Positions 1 through 8,063 of a DNA stretch of 64,000 bases are shown piece by piece. Location of the stretch: NCBI GenBank assembly GCA_963588055.1, contig CAVAGB010000008.1, positions 11,622 to 75,621 of the forward strand, read 5' to 3'. Position numbers and translations under genes: made by a program. The stretch's first letter is position 1. The number at the start of each line of letters is the position of its first letter. The stretch is from Erysipelotrichaceae bacterium (GTDB lineage Bacteria; Bacillota_I; Bacilli_A; RFN20; CAG-826). The notes under the pieces are model-generated. The model was not told the origin of the DNA, searched no databases, and was given only the letters and a program-made list of their open reading frames with translations.

Positions 1-228
1 CTTCAGCTGGGGGAGGATCATGGCGTCCTCGACGAAGCCCCCTTTCCGATAGACCGAGACCACCCAGAATTCGTGGGCGAAGATCGAGATGGCCAAGATG
101 AGGTAGAAGAGGATGCATTTGATCCCGACGGGGATCACCCCGCATCCGCCTAGGATCGCTAGGGGGATCCCATAGATCGCTAGGACGATGAGGATGTCGA
201 TGATGAATAGGCGGTTTTTGAGTTTCAT
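1..228 (-). CDS. small hydrophobic membrane protein, 3' end cut by window edge
   Basis: ATG at 228 lies 2 nt after the stop of the SPFH gene, suggesting an operon. Translation MKLKNRLFIIDILIVLAIYGIPLAILGGCGVIPVGIKCILFYLILAISIF... is TM-like. It is absent from the ORF track because no stop falls in the window. Confidence 0.4.
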   Translation of the reverse strand, partial: MKLKNRLFIIDILIVLAIYGIPLAILGGCGVIPVGIKCILFYLILAISIFAHEFWVVSVYRKGGFVEDAMILPQLK

Positions 229-230
229 GT

Positions 231-1262
231 TCACTTAAGCCTCCCACCGCAGTTCATGCAGAAATTGGCGTTCGGGTCGACTTTGGCTCCGCAGTTGGGG
301 CAGAATTTGGCCCCTTGAGCAGGAGACTCTCCCCCACCGGCGTTCATGCCGTTAGCGACCGCGCCGGCGATCGCGCCTTGCTGAACGCTTTGCTGGACGT
401 TCTGCTGGCCCATCTGGGGATTGCCGTTTCCGGTCATACCGTTAAGGGCGTTGAAGCCTAAGCCGATGCCCATCATCCCCACGGCCATCCCTCCGGCGGT
501 CCCCTGGTTCTTCGACCAGGACTCGCCGATGTTGAGCTGCCTCTCGGTGATGTGGCTTGTGCCCAATACCGCGTAGTCCCTAGCTTTCTTCAAAGCCTCG
601 AAGTCCTCTTCGGGGATGTTGATCGAGGCGGTGTTGAAATCGGTGATCTCGAAGCCGTACTTCCTGAAAAAGTCGTCGATGTCCTGAGCGACCCTTTCGG
701 AGAAGACGTCGGTCTGGGTGGCGATCTCCAAAGCAGGGATCTTCTCGACGCGGCAAAGCGTCCCCAGGGTTTTGACGGCGCTTTGCTGGATGCGGTCGTC
801 GAACTTGTTGCGGAAATAGTCGAAGCTGACGATGTCCCCGCTCTCCATGTTCCCAAGCACCATCTGCAGCAGGAACTGAGGGTCCCTCAGCCTAAATACA
901 TAGGATCCATAGGCGCGCAGGTGCACGAGGAGATGGGTCTCGGGGTCATCGACTCTGACCGCTTGGGTCGTGGCCCATTCAGTCCGCGCGTTCACGGTCG
1001 TGTTGACGAAGTAGATCTGGAAAGGATAAGCGTTCCCTCCGTTGAAATCGTTGACGAATTTCTTGAGGAAGGGATAGTTCTCCGTGGAGAGGATGGTGAC
1101 CCCCGGCTTGAACTCCCCTTCGATCTGACCGAGGTGGACGCAGATGGCCTTTTGCCCTGGTCCGACGATCAGCTTGCTTCTCGAGTTGATGTCGCTGTCA
1201 GGAAAACGATAGACGAGCCAATCGTCGTTGTGGTTCGCCTGAAACGATACGACTTCCAGCAT
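231..1262 (-). CDS. SPFH/Band-7 (Band_7_1-type) protein with C-terminal zinc ribbon (YdjI/COG4260-like)
   Basis: 343-aa ORF with AAGGAGG SD upstream. The N-terminal ~230 aa follow the SPFH pattern (LIVGPGQKAICV...FKPG...IYFVN...EWATT). A Gly/Gln/Asn-rich linker follows, then the C-terminal CPNCG-x10-CMNCG. Confidence 0.75.
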   Translation of the reverse strand: MLEVVSFQANHNDDWLVYRFPDSDINSRSKLIVGPGQKAICVHLGQIEGEFKPGVTILSTENYPFLKKFVNDFNGGNAYPFQIYFVNTTVNARTEWATTQAVRVDDPETHLLVHLRAYGSYVFRLRDPQFLLQMVLGNMESGDIVSFDYFRNKFDDRIQQSAVKTLGTLCRVEKIPALEIATQTDVFSERVAQDIDDFFRKYGFEITDFNTASINIPEEDFEALKKARDYAVLGTSHITERQLNIGESWSKNQGTAGGMAVGMMGIGLGFNALNGMTGNGNPQMGQQNVQQSVQQGAIAGAVANGMNAGGGESPAQGAKFCPNCGAKVDPNANFCMNCGGRLK

Positions 1263-1790
1263 GTTTTACCTCCTTTTTCTTTTGGTGGTTCTCCCTTTTC
1301 AGGAAAGGTTGGCGCGAAGGAAGAAGGAAAGGAAAGCATTCGCTTCTAGCGATGCTTTTCCTGTTTTCAAAGCGTTCTTCTCTTTCATCGCGCTTCCTCT
1401 CCTTTTCGGGAAAATTGAATGAATGTTAGAACAGGGCGCGCTAAAGAAGTGCTAAAGAGGGGATAGGAGATTTATAAGGGGTTGAATGGCCAGGTTTTGG
1501 TTCTACGTCCAAAGAAAAAATGCGGGCATAGCATTATGTTTTTCGAGTTTATACTTTAGATAACGCTTTATGAAGGCCTTTATTTTTGGCCTCGGCCATC
1601 TGCAAATTCCATAACTTAAGACTTGGGGAATTGGGGAAGCGGCATCAATTCTTCGCCTTCTGGCCATAAAGAGGCAATCCAGGTCCATGAGCGCAAAGCA
1701 AAAACAAGAATCGAACGAAAGTCATATAAACGGCTCTCTTCTATGCGCGGATAGAAACCAAACGATTAAGGTCAGGAAGGGACAAAATTA

Positions 1791-3131
1791 TTAAAGAATT
1801 TCCCAGTAGCCTTTCTTTTTGCTGCCGATTCGAGATATTTTCCCAGCCTCGGAAAGCTTTTCTAGTGCCCTAGCAACAGTGCTTTTGCTCAGTTTGACGC
1901 TGGATGCTATTTCCTCACGCGTTTGATTTGGATTCTCTTTTAGACAATTCAGGACCCTATGATCACCAGTCGACAGAACTACATCAGAAAGCTGGGCCGC
2001 TACGTCCTTAGCGACGGCCTGCCTGCGGTAGAAAACGAACGAGAATCCATCGTCGTTGGAAACATAGCTGAATTTGACCCCATTCGTTTTACAAGAAGCG
2101 AAAACCTTGCGGAATCCACTGCCGAACATCTCCACGTCTTTGCATTTGAAAAGAGTGTTGAGGATGACTCTGTTTCGTGGCTGGCTCTTTCTTTCTGAAT
2201 CCACGAACATCTTAGGATCCAAATTGATCGGAAATTCGCCGGGATTATAAATCTCTATTTCCGTCGGAGTAATATCGATCTCGTTTTCGGTAACACCACG
2301 ATAATTGGCGTGAGCAAAGGAATTGACGATGATTTCGCGCAAGGCTTCAACAGGAACCTCCGGAATTTCCAATCGCGATGTACCAGGTCCTGATTCAACT
2401 CTCCAATTCATGTGATCCTTCACGTACCCGTTCGCGTACCGGATGAGGTTGAAGATGTTGTCCTCAACCCTCCGGATGTCAGAAAAATAGATTCTTTCAT
2501 CCGTCACATACGTTGCGATTTTAAGAACAACGGGCTTCTTGTTGGAAAACAAATAAAGGCCGGCGTTCGTCAAGCGACCGTCTTCCATAAGACCAAGCCC
2601 TATGAGTAGTTTCTCTTCGTCATAGACAGGCAAGGGATCGAGTCTGCCGCAGGCAAGCGATGCATCATAGAAAGCGCGTAGGGCCGCCTTATCGACGCAA
2701 TCAACGCCGAAAGAGGTTAGGCAATTCTCCCATTTCGAAGTGTAATCGGTTGATGCCATGACGCTTTTTATCTCGTCTGAAGTCATCCTTTCCGAGCGAT
2801 CCACCACCCTTTTATAGTAGATGCCATAGGAAGAATAAGGCCTCTCGCGGCCGGCAAAATCCACTTGGATGCACGGAGCCCCTCCATAATCAACTTCTTT
2901 TATCGACGGATAGATCATCGGGCTGATTGCCTCTTTGCAAACCCTGGCAATATCATCCAAAGTTAGATTTCCAATCTCCTGCCCCTCAGCCTCGCCATTC
3001 GGCCAAACACCAAAAATCACCCTACCAGAGCCATGTTTGTTGAGCATCGCGCAGATATCATCTACAGCATCTTTGAGCTCCCCGGTCGTCTTTTTGAATT
3101 CCAATTGCTCATTTTCCCTGCCCAAATTCAT
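1791..3131 (-). CDS. AlbA_2 (Schlafen-like) / HATPase_c_4 / wHTH putative regulator (COG2865 type)
   Basis: ORF-track ORF 1791..3155 trimmed to ATG 3131, which has AGGAGGG 8 nt upstream and aligns with the start of the paralog at 63203. N-terminus GRENEQLEFKK...VIFGV. C-terminal wHTH NQTREEIASSVKLSKSTVARALEKL. Confidence 0.7.
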   Translation of the reverse strand: MNLGRENEQLEFKKTTGELKDAVDDICAMLNKHGSGRVIFGVWPNGEAEGQEIGNLTLDDIARVCKEAISPMIYPSIKEVDYGGAPCIQVDFAGRERPYSSYGIYYKRVVDRSERMTSDEIKSVMASTDYTSKWENCLTSFGVDCVDKAALRAFYDASLACGRLDPLPVYDEEKLLIGLGLMEDGRLTNAGLYLFSNKKPVVLKIATYVTDERIYFSDIRRVEDNIFNLIRYANGYVKDHMNWRVESGPGTSRLEIPEVPVEALREIIVNSFAHANYRGVTENEIDITPTEIEIYNPGEFPINLDPKMFVDSERKSQPRNRVILNTLFKCKDVEMFGSGFRKVFASCKTNGVKFSYVSNDDGFSFVFYRRQAVAKDVAAQLSDVVLSTGDHRVLNCLKENPNQTREEIASSVKLSKSTVARALEKLSEAGKISRIGSKKKGYWEIL

Positions 3132-3180
3132 GGATTCATCCCTCCTAAAGCACAACTATTAGAAAGGGTTTCCCATCAAA

Positions 3181-3216
3181 ATGAGTCTTTAAATGAATCT
3201 TTAAATGAATCTTTAA
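3181..3216. repeat. 3 x 12-bp tandem repeat ATGA(G/A)TCTTTAA (degenerate 4th unit to 3228)
   Basis: Read directly: atgagtctttaa atgaatctttaa atgaatctttaa. Lies 50-85 nt upstream of ATG 3131. Confidence 0.9.
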
Positions 3217-3383
3217 ATTTGAGTCAATGCCTTCGTCATAAACCATTACAGGCAAACAATTCTTCTTTAAAATGATCCAAAATCTAAAGTCTATATCATA
3301 ACTTTTTATATAGAATCGCCTTTATTACCGTTTTGCTTATACTCAAGGCAAAGATGTAGTTGTACATTGAAGCTAATCTTCAC

Positions 3384-3419
3384 GCGAATCTTAAAATGAG
3401 TCTTTAAATGAGTCTTTAT
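3384..3419. repeat. second cluster of the same 12-bp unit (2 good copies plus 1 degenerate)
   Basis: gcgaatcttaaa atgagtctttaa atgagtctttat. Lies about 40 nt downstream of the response-regulator stop. Confidence 0.85.
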
Positions 3420-3457
3420 CTTTGGACTAAACAAGCCCAATGGCTTAGTCTCAATCC

Positions 3458-4249
3458 CTAACGGATCTGCTGTTTCTTCTCCGCGATGATGTCGAGCTCC
3501 ATCTGGTAATCGAAAGCCCAGTCGTAGCTCTTGCAGAAGCTCCCGTTGTAATTCCCCTCTCCCGTCTTCAGGAAATCCCAATAATCGCAGACGACTTTGC
3601 TTTTGTTGATCCTCAGCTGCGCCCTGGAGAAATAGACGCAGTCGATCTTGTATTCCTCTAAGGTCTTCCTAAGCCGCCAAACCGCGTCGCGATAGAGCCT
3701 TTTGGCGTTTTCCAACGGAGCATCAGGCCAAAGCTGGGAGATCGCATCGCTCATCTCCAGGGCCTTGCCGTTATAGGCAAGGAGCAAAGCCAAAAGCTCT
3801 TTGCTCTTCGCGCTGGAGAAGCGGATGGGCCTAGAGTCGATGAAGCAGTCGAAGCTATTGAACATCTTCGCCTCCAACAGGGTGCAGTTGTTTGCTATCT
3901 CATCCACGTAGCGCTTCACCTCGGCGAAGGAATAGGGCTTGTAGATGAAGCCGGCTACGTTGTCCCTAATCTCACAAGGCAGGTCGTCCATGCCGACTTT
4001 CACCCCGGTCACGAAGACGATCCGGATATCCTTGTTGAGCGTGGCAAGCTTCTTGGCTAGGGATATCCCATTGATGCCAGGCATATTGACGTCGATGAAG
4101 GCGGCGGTGACGTCGTTATGCTTCACATAGTCGAGTATTTGCTTGGCTTCGTCCTTGAAGAAGCGGCATTCGAGGTTGTCCAAAGAGACGATCTCCTTGA
4201 GGAAGATCTGCAGCGAGGATATCTCGTCGTCAATCGCGATTACTTTCAT
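3458..4249 (-). CDS. two-component response regulator, REC + SARP/OmpR-type winged-helix output
   Basis: REC motifs (MKVIAIDDE, DVNMPGINGI, VFVTG). C-terminus KSKELLALLLAYNGKALEMSDAISQLWPD...WRLRKTL. GGAGGGG SD. Start overlaps the kinase stop by 20 nt. Confidence 0.8.
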   Translation of the reverse strand: MKVIAIDDEISSLQIFLKEIVSLDNLECRFFKDEAKQILDYVKHNDVTAAFIDVNMPGINGISLAKKLATLNKDIRIVFVTGVKVGMDDLPCEIRDNVAGFIYKPYSFAEVKRYVDEIANNCTLLEAKMFNSFDCFIDSRPIRFSSAKSKELLALLLAYNGKALEMSDAISQLWPDAPLENAKRLYRDAVWRLRKTLEEYKIDCVYFSRAQLRINKSKVVCDYWDFLKTGEGNYNGSFCKSYDWAFDYQMELDIIAEKKQQIR

Positions 4250-6116
4250 CTTGCCCCTCCTTCTCCTTGGGGATGGTTATCTTGATCCTGGTCCCGAAGC
4301 CGAGCATGGAGCTCACCTTGACCTCGGCCCCAAGGAGCATCTGATATCTTTCCTTCACGTTGCGGATGCCTTGGGAGTCCTCCTTAATGAGGCTGGGGTC
4401 GAAGCCCATTCCGTTATCGTCTATCTCTATATAGATATAGGAATCGTCCTGGCGGGTGGAGATCTCTATCCTCCCGCCTTCTTTCTCATTCACCTTGCTG
4501 TATTTGATCGCGTTCTCGACGAAGGGCTGGATGGACAAGACGGGGACTTGGAAATCCTGGACGTCGATGTCGTAGATCAGATTGAATTTCCTCTCGGTGC
4601 GGAGGTTCTTGAGCTCGACGTAGTTGTAAACGTTGTCCAATTCCTTCTCGAAGGCGATGAGGTTCGAGGTGACGGCGTCGACGTTGTAGCGGAGATGATC
4701 GGCCAGCATGGTGACCGCCTTATCCCCCGTCTCCTCGTCCTCATGGTAGAGCGCCTTGATGGCGCTTAAGCAGTTGAAGACGAAATGGGGCTTGATTTGG
4801 TTGCGCAGGACGAGCAGCTTCAGGTCTTTGTTCTGCAGCTCGGTCTTCAGCTCATTCATCGCGTGGCGGTAGGTCCTGACGATGAAGGCGACGTAGATCG
4901 CGATGAAGAGGGCGATGATGAGGAAAAGATAGACCAAAGCGGGGACGATCGGCGAGGAAGAGAACCCTCTTAAGGAGGAAGAGGCAAAGCAAAGCTCCAT
5001 CCCCATGATGGAATAGAAGACGCATTTGGTGAAGATCCCCGTGATGTCGAACTTGTTCTTCAAATGCGAGAAATAGGTGATCTTGACCATGATGGAGACG
5101 TAGACGATGAGATAGGCGGAGAAGGCGATGATCTCTAGCCTCAAGGGAAGGAGGCAAGCGAGAAGAATGGGCGCAAGGGCGATGGAAATCGCCCCAATGG
5201 CCTTGCCCTTCTTCTTCAGTTGGGAGAGGTAGGTGAACTGGTAGAACTGCAAGACGGAGAAAAGGAACAAAGCGAAGAAAGCAAAGCCCAAGACGGAGAA
5301 TATCCAAGGAGGCAAGAAGCAGCCGAAGCCCAAGAGGATGTTGTTGAACAATGGCGAGAAGAGGGCCATGAAGAAGATCGAACCCGCCATGTTGACCGTG
5401 TAGATTGTCGAGTCGTAGATCCTTAGATAGGAAACGAGCTCGACGACGAAGAGGACCAAATAGCAGACGAGGGCGATGTAGGTGAAGGAAGAAGAGACGC
5501 TGCTGTCCAAATCGTGATAGGAGACGTTGGTGAACTCCGGAGAGAAGGAAAGCCCGCCGACGAAGTTGTATCCGACCTCGATCATCACTTCCGCTTCACC
5601 CGTCGATTGGGCTTGATAGACCTCATCTAGCTCATAAACATGCGGCAAGGAGCATTCCGAAAGGGTTCTGCCCACTTTGCCGGCGCTGGCGATCTTGCTG
5701 CCATTGACGTAGACGGACAGGCTCACGTTGGAGGCCTCTTTCCTGAAGGTGATCTTGGTTCCGCCAGAAAGGCTGATTGTCGTTCGATAAGTGGCGCAGC
5801 CATCCAAAGGGAGGGAATCCCCGCTTCTTGTCTTCACGTTGAACCAGGAACGAGGCAAACTCATCTCCGCGTCGGGCTCAGAGGAAGAGGCGGGGACGCC
5901 CTCGCTCACCAACAGTTTGCCGTAATAAAGTTCCCAAACGCCCGAGGAGCTTTTCAGGACCGTCTCCTCGTCGCTAGGGCGGCTAGCCTCGCTTAGCGAG
6001 GTGAGAAAACATGTAAGGACCCCCCCGCAAAAAGCAGGACGTAGAGGGTGATTTGCAGAGCTTTGAGCAGATGCTTTTTCATCTTCAACCCTCCCGCATC
6101 TTTCCTTGCTAGCCAT
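4230..6116 (-). CDS. sensor histidine kinase, LytS/YesM-type (His_kinase + HATPase_c), multi-TM with extracytoplasmic N-domain; N-terminus apparently frameshifted
   Basis: QIKPHFVFNCLSAI, IQPFVENAIKYS, DDNGMGF and GIRNV motifs, with about 7 hydrophobic segments. ATG 6116 has no SD. A GGAGGG-preceded ATG at 6082 encodes a signal/TM peptide in another frame and is separated from the main frame by a G7 run (6020-6026). Confidence 0.8.
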   Translation of the reverse strand: MASKERCGRVEDEKASAQSSANHPLRPAFCGGVLTCFLTSLSEASRPSDEETVLKSSSGVWELYYGKLLVSEGVPASSSEPDAEMSLPRSWFNVKTRSGDSLPLDGCATYRTTISLSGGTKITFRKEASNVSLSVYVNGSKIASAGKVGRTLSECSLPHVYELDEVYQAQSTGEAEVMIEVGYNFVGGLSFSPEFTNVSYHDLDSSVSSSFTYIALVCYLVLFVVELVSYLRIYDSTIYTVNMAGSIFFMALFSPLFNNILLGFGCFLPPWIFSVLGFAFFALFLFSVLQFYQFTYLSQLKKKGKAIGAISIALAPILLACLLPLRLEIIAFSAYLIVYVSIMVKITYFSHLKNKFDITGIFTKCVFYSIMGMELCFASSSLRGFSSSPIVPALVYLFLIIALFIAIYVAFIVRTYRHAMNELKTELQNKDLKLLVLRNQIKPHFVFNCLSAIKALYHEDEETGDKAVTMLADHLRYNVDAVTSNLIAFEKELDNVYNYVELKNLRTERKFNLIYDIDVQDFQVPVLSIQPFVENAIKYSKVNEKEGGRIEISTRQDDSYIYIEIDDNGMGFDPSLIKEDSQGIRNVKERYQMLLGAEVKVSSMLGFGTRIKITIPKEKEGQDESNRD

Positions 6117-6393
6117 TATACACGCGCATTGGGCTGCTCGGTCCTCGGGGAATGAAAAGGGCGGCCCATTGCGTGGAAACGATTAACCCAATAACGAGGC
6201 AAAACGGAAGCTCAGACTTGTGCGTAATACGTAGCCTTTATACCTTCACATCTTTTACAGTTACGTTTATCACAAAATTAAAAAAGCGCGATGCCACAGG
6301 ATCTTTTAACGTATCACGCAAGTTCAAAAATGTAGCATAATTGCCCTATTCCGAGATTTTTCATCTGCCTCAACTTATTTTTACGACTTTGCC

Positions 6394-6445
6394 TTCATCT
6401 AGAAAATGCAACTAAACTAGGTATTTTTCATTTAGAAAATGCAAC
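6394..6445 (+). repeat. 19-bp direct repeat x2 (TTCAT[C/T]TAGAAAATGCAAC), second copy contains the ATPase start codon
   Basis: Copies at 6394-6412 and 6427-6445 with 1 mismatch and a 33-bp period. ATG 6439 lies inside copy 2. Copy 1 opens a 4-codon mini-ORF (ATG CAA CTA AAC TAG). Confidence 0.85.
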
Positions 6446-7803
6446 GGAGACGTGCTACGCCATTCAAAAGAAAGATCTATCAAAAACTTCTCGACTGGAA
6501 AAAGAATCCCCACAAGAACAGCGCCCTTCTCATTGAAGGCGCCAGGCGCGTCGGCAAAACGACCATTGTCCAGGAGTTCGGTGAGAAAGAGTACAACGAT
6601 CACATCTACATCGACTTCACTTACGCGAGGGATGAGGCCAAAGACCTCTTCAAAAGGGTCCGCCCCTGCGATAAGAAATCCATGGATCTTTTCTTCTCCG
6701 ATCTTTTCCTGATGTATGGGAAAGAGCTTCACGAAGGAGACCTCATCATCTTCGATGAGATTGAGCACTGCCCTTTGGCAAGGCAAGCCATCAAAGCATT
6801 GGTCCAAGACGGGAGATTCGACTACATAGAGACCGGTTCTCTCATCAGCATAAGGGAAAATGTGGCGGGGATTCAGATCCCGTCCGAAGAGAGGCGCATC
6901 GAGATGCATCCGATGGATTTCGAGGAATTCCGTTGGGCCATGGGGGATGAGACCTCCTGCGAATTGCTCCGCAAAGCGTTTCTAGAAGGCGCCCCCATCA
7001 GCTTTGCGGTCCATCAAAAGATGATGGACGATTACCGCCTCTATCTTTCCTTAGGCGGGATGCCCCTTGTCGTCGCGACATATCTAGAAAGCAACTCTTT
7101 CTCCTCCGCTTCCGAGATCAAGAAGGATATCTGCAAGCTCTACGTCGACGATTTGAGGAAGCACGACAACCAATGCGGCACTTCGTGCCTATCCATCTAT
7201 CAGTCGATGCTTGCTTCCCTCCGCTCCTGGTCGAAGAGGGTGAAGACCGGTATCCGCAGCGAGGGGGAGAAACGGAAATACATCCGTTCCCTAAGCGATC
7301 TGAAGGACTCGCGCATCGTTAACTCCGTCCACCAGTGCAAAGATCTGAGCTTTGGGAACCTCGTCGAAGAGGAGACCGCCTTCAAGCTCTATCCCTTGGA
7401 CGCCGGGCTCATGCTTGAGGAGCTGCTTGGCGAAAAAGGAGTTTCAAGCGAGGAGGCCTATCGAAAAATACGTTTCGGAAAACTAAGCGGGGCAAATCTA
7501 GGCTTGCTTTACGAATGCGCGGCTTTGGAGGCTTTATCGGCCAATGGGCACACCCTTTATTACCACACCTTCCTTTATGGCGAGGAGGGGAAACGATATG
7601 AGCTCGACTTTGTCGGCTATCTGAAGGGGAGGCTGACCGCGATTGAGGTCAAAAGCACGAACCGCTTCACCACTTCTTCCTTGGACGCGCTGCCTTTGAA
7701 ATACCCTCAGCAAACCATAGACCGCGTCGTGATCAGCCCAAAGCCTTTTTCTAAAGCAAACAGCATCCTCAACTTGCCTCTTTATCTGACTTATCTGCTT
7801 TAG
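6439..7803 (+). CDS. AAA+ ATPase with C-terminal DUF4143/PD-(D/E)xK-like domain (COG1373 type), paralog 1
   Basis: Walker A GARRVGKTT, Walker B LIIFDEIE, C-terminal YELDFVGYLKGRLTAIEVKS. No obvious SD. Confidence 0.75.
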   Translation: MQRRRATPFKRKIYQKLLDWKKNPHKNSALLIEGARRVGKTTIVQEFGEKEYNDHIYIDFTYARDEAKDLFKRVRPCDKKSMDLFFSDLFLMYGKELHEGDLIIFDEIEHCPLARQAIKALVQDGRFDYIETGSLISIRENVAGIQIPSEERRIEMHPMDFEEFRWAMGDETSCELLRKAFLEGAPISFAVHQKMMDDYRLYLSLGGMPLVVATYLESNSFSSASEIKKDICKLYVDDLRKHDNQCGTSCLSIYQSMLASLRSWSKRVKTGIRSEGEKRKYIRSLSDLKDSRIVNSVHQCKDLSFGNLVEEETAFKLYPLDAGLMLEELLGEKGVSSEEAYRKIRFGKLSGANLGLLYECAALEALSANGHTLYYHTFLYGEEGKRYELDFVGYLKGRLTAIEVKSTNRFTTSSLDALPLKYPQQTIDRVVISPKPFSKANSILNLPLYLTYLL

Positions 7804-7920
7804 CCAAGAAAAAGAAGTCCATCACCCCCGGCTTGTAGTTCCCTTTGATATCGGCATCTTCCGCGGTTGCGACCTCGAGGCTTTCACTCTATTTCGAAGC
7901 ACTCCCATTGTTCTTACGGA

Positions 7921-8001
7921 TTCGCTATAGAAATTGCTAAATCATTTAATTATTCGCTTGATTTTTTGCATTTTTAATCAAACTTTCGCTATGGAAATTG
8001 C
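7921..8001 (+). repeat. 17-bp direct repeat x2 (TTCGCTAT[A/G]GAAATTGC), 64 bp apart, plus three TTGCAT motifs
   Basis: Copies at 7921-7937 and 7985-8001. TTGCAT at 7966, 7998 and 8008. Upstream of ATG 8064. Confidence 0.8.
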
Positions 8002-8063
8002 ATTCTTTTGCATGTGAAGATATACTTTTTATCGATGCTGTCGAACTTTCGGAGGTTCTACTT

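Noticed and set aside
552-1349. 265-aa plus-strand ORF antisense to the SPFH gene
   Set aside because: It lies antisense to a gene with clear family motifs and an SD. Its translation is low-complexity (D/E/G/V/L-rich) with no SD. This is the typical shadow ORF of a codon-biased genome.
1503-1688. 61-aa basic ORF in the 528-bp gap, considered as a transposase or integrase remnant
   Set aside because: No recognisable motif, no flanking inverted repeats, no SD. Left unannotated.
3033-3581. ORFs 3033..3275 (+) and 3306..3581 (-) crossing the 12-bp repeat clusters (translation NESLNESLNESL)
   Set aside because: The periodic peptide is simply the tandem DNA repeat read in frame. The region is AT-rich and intergenic with no SD.
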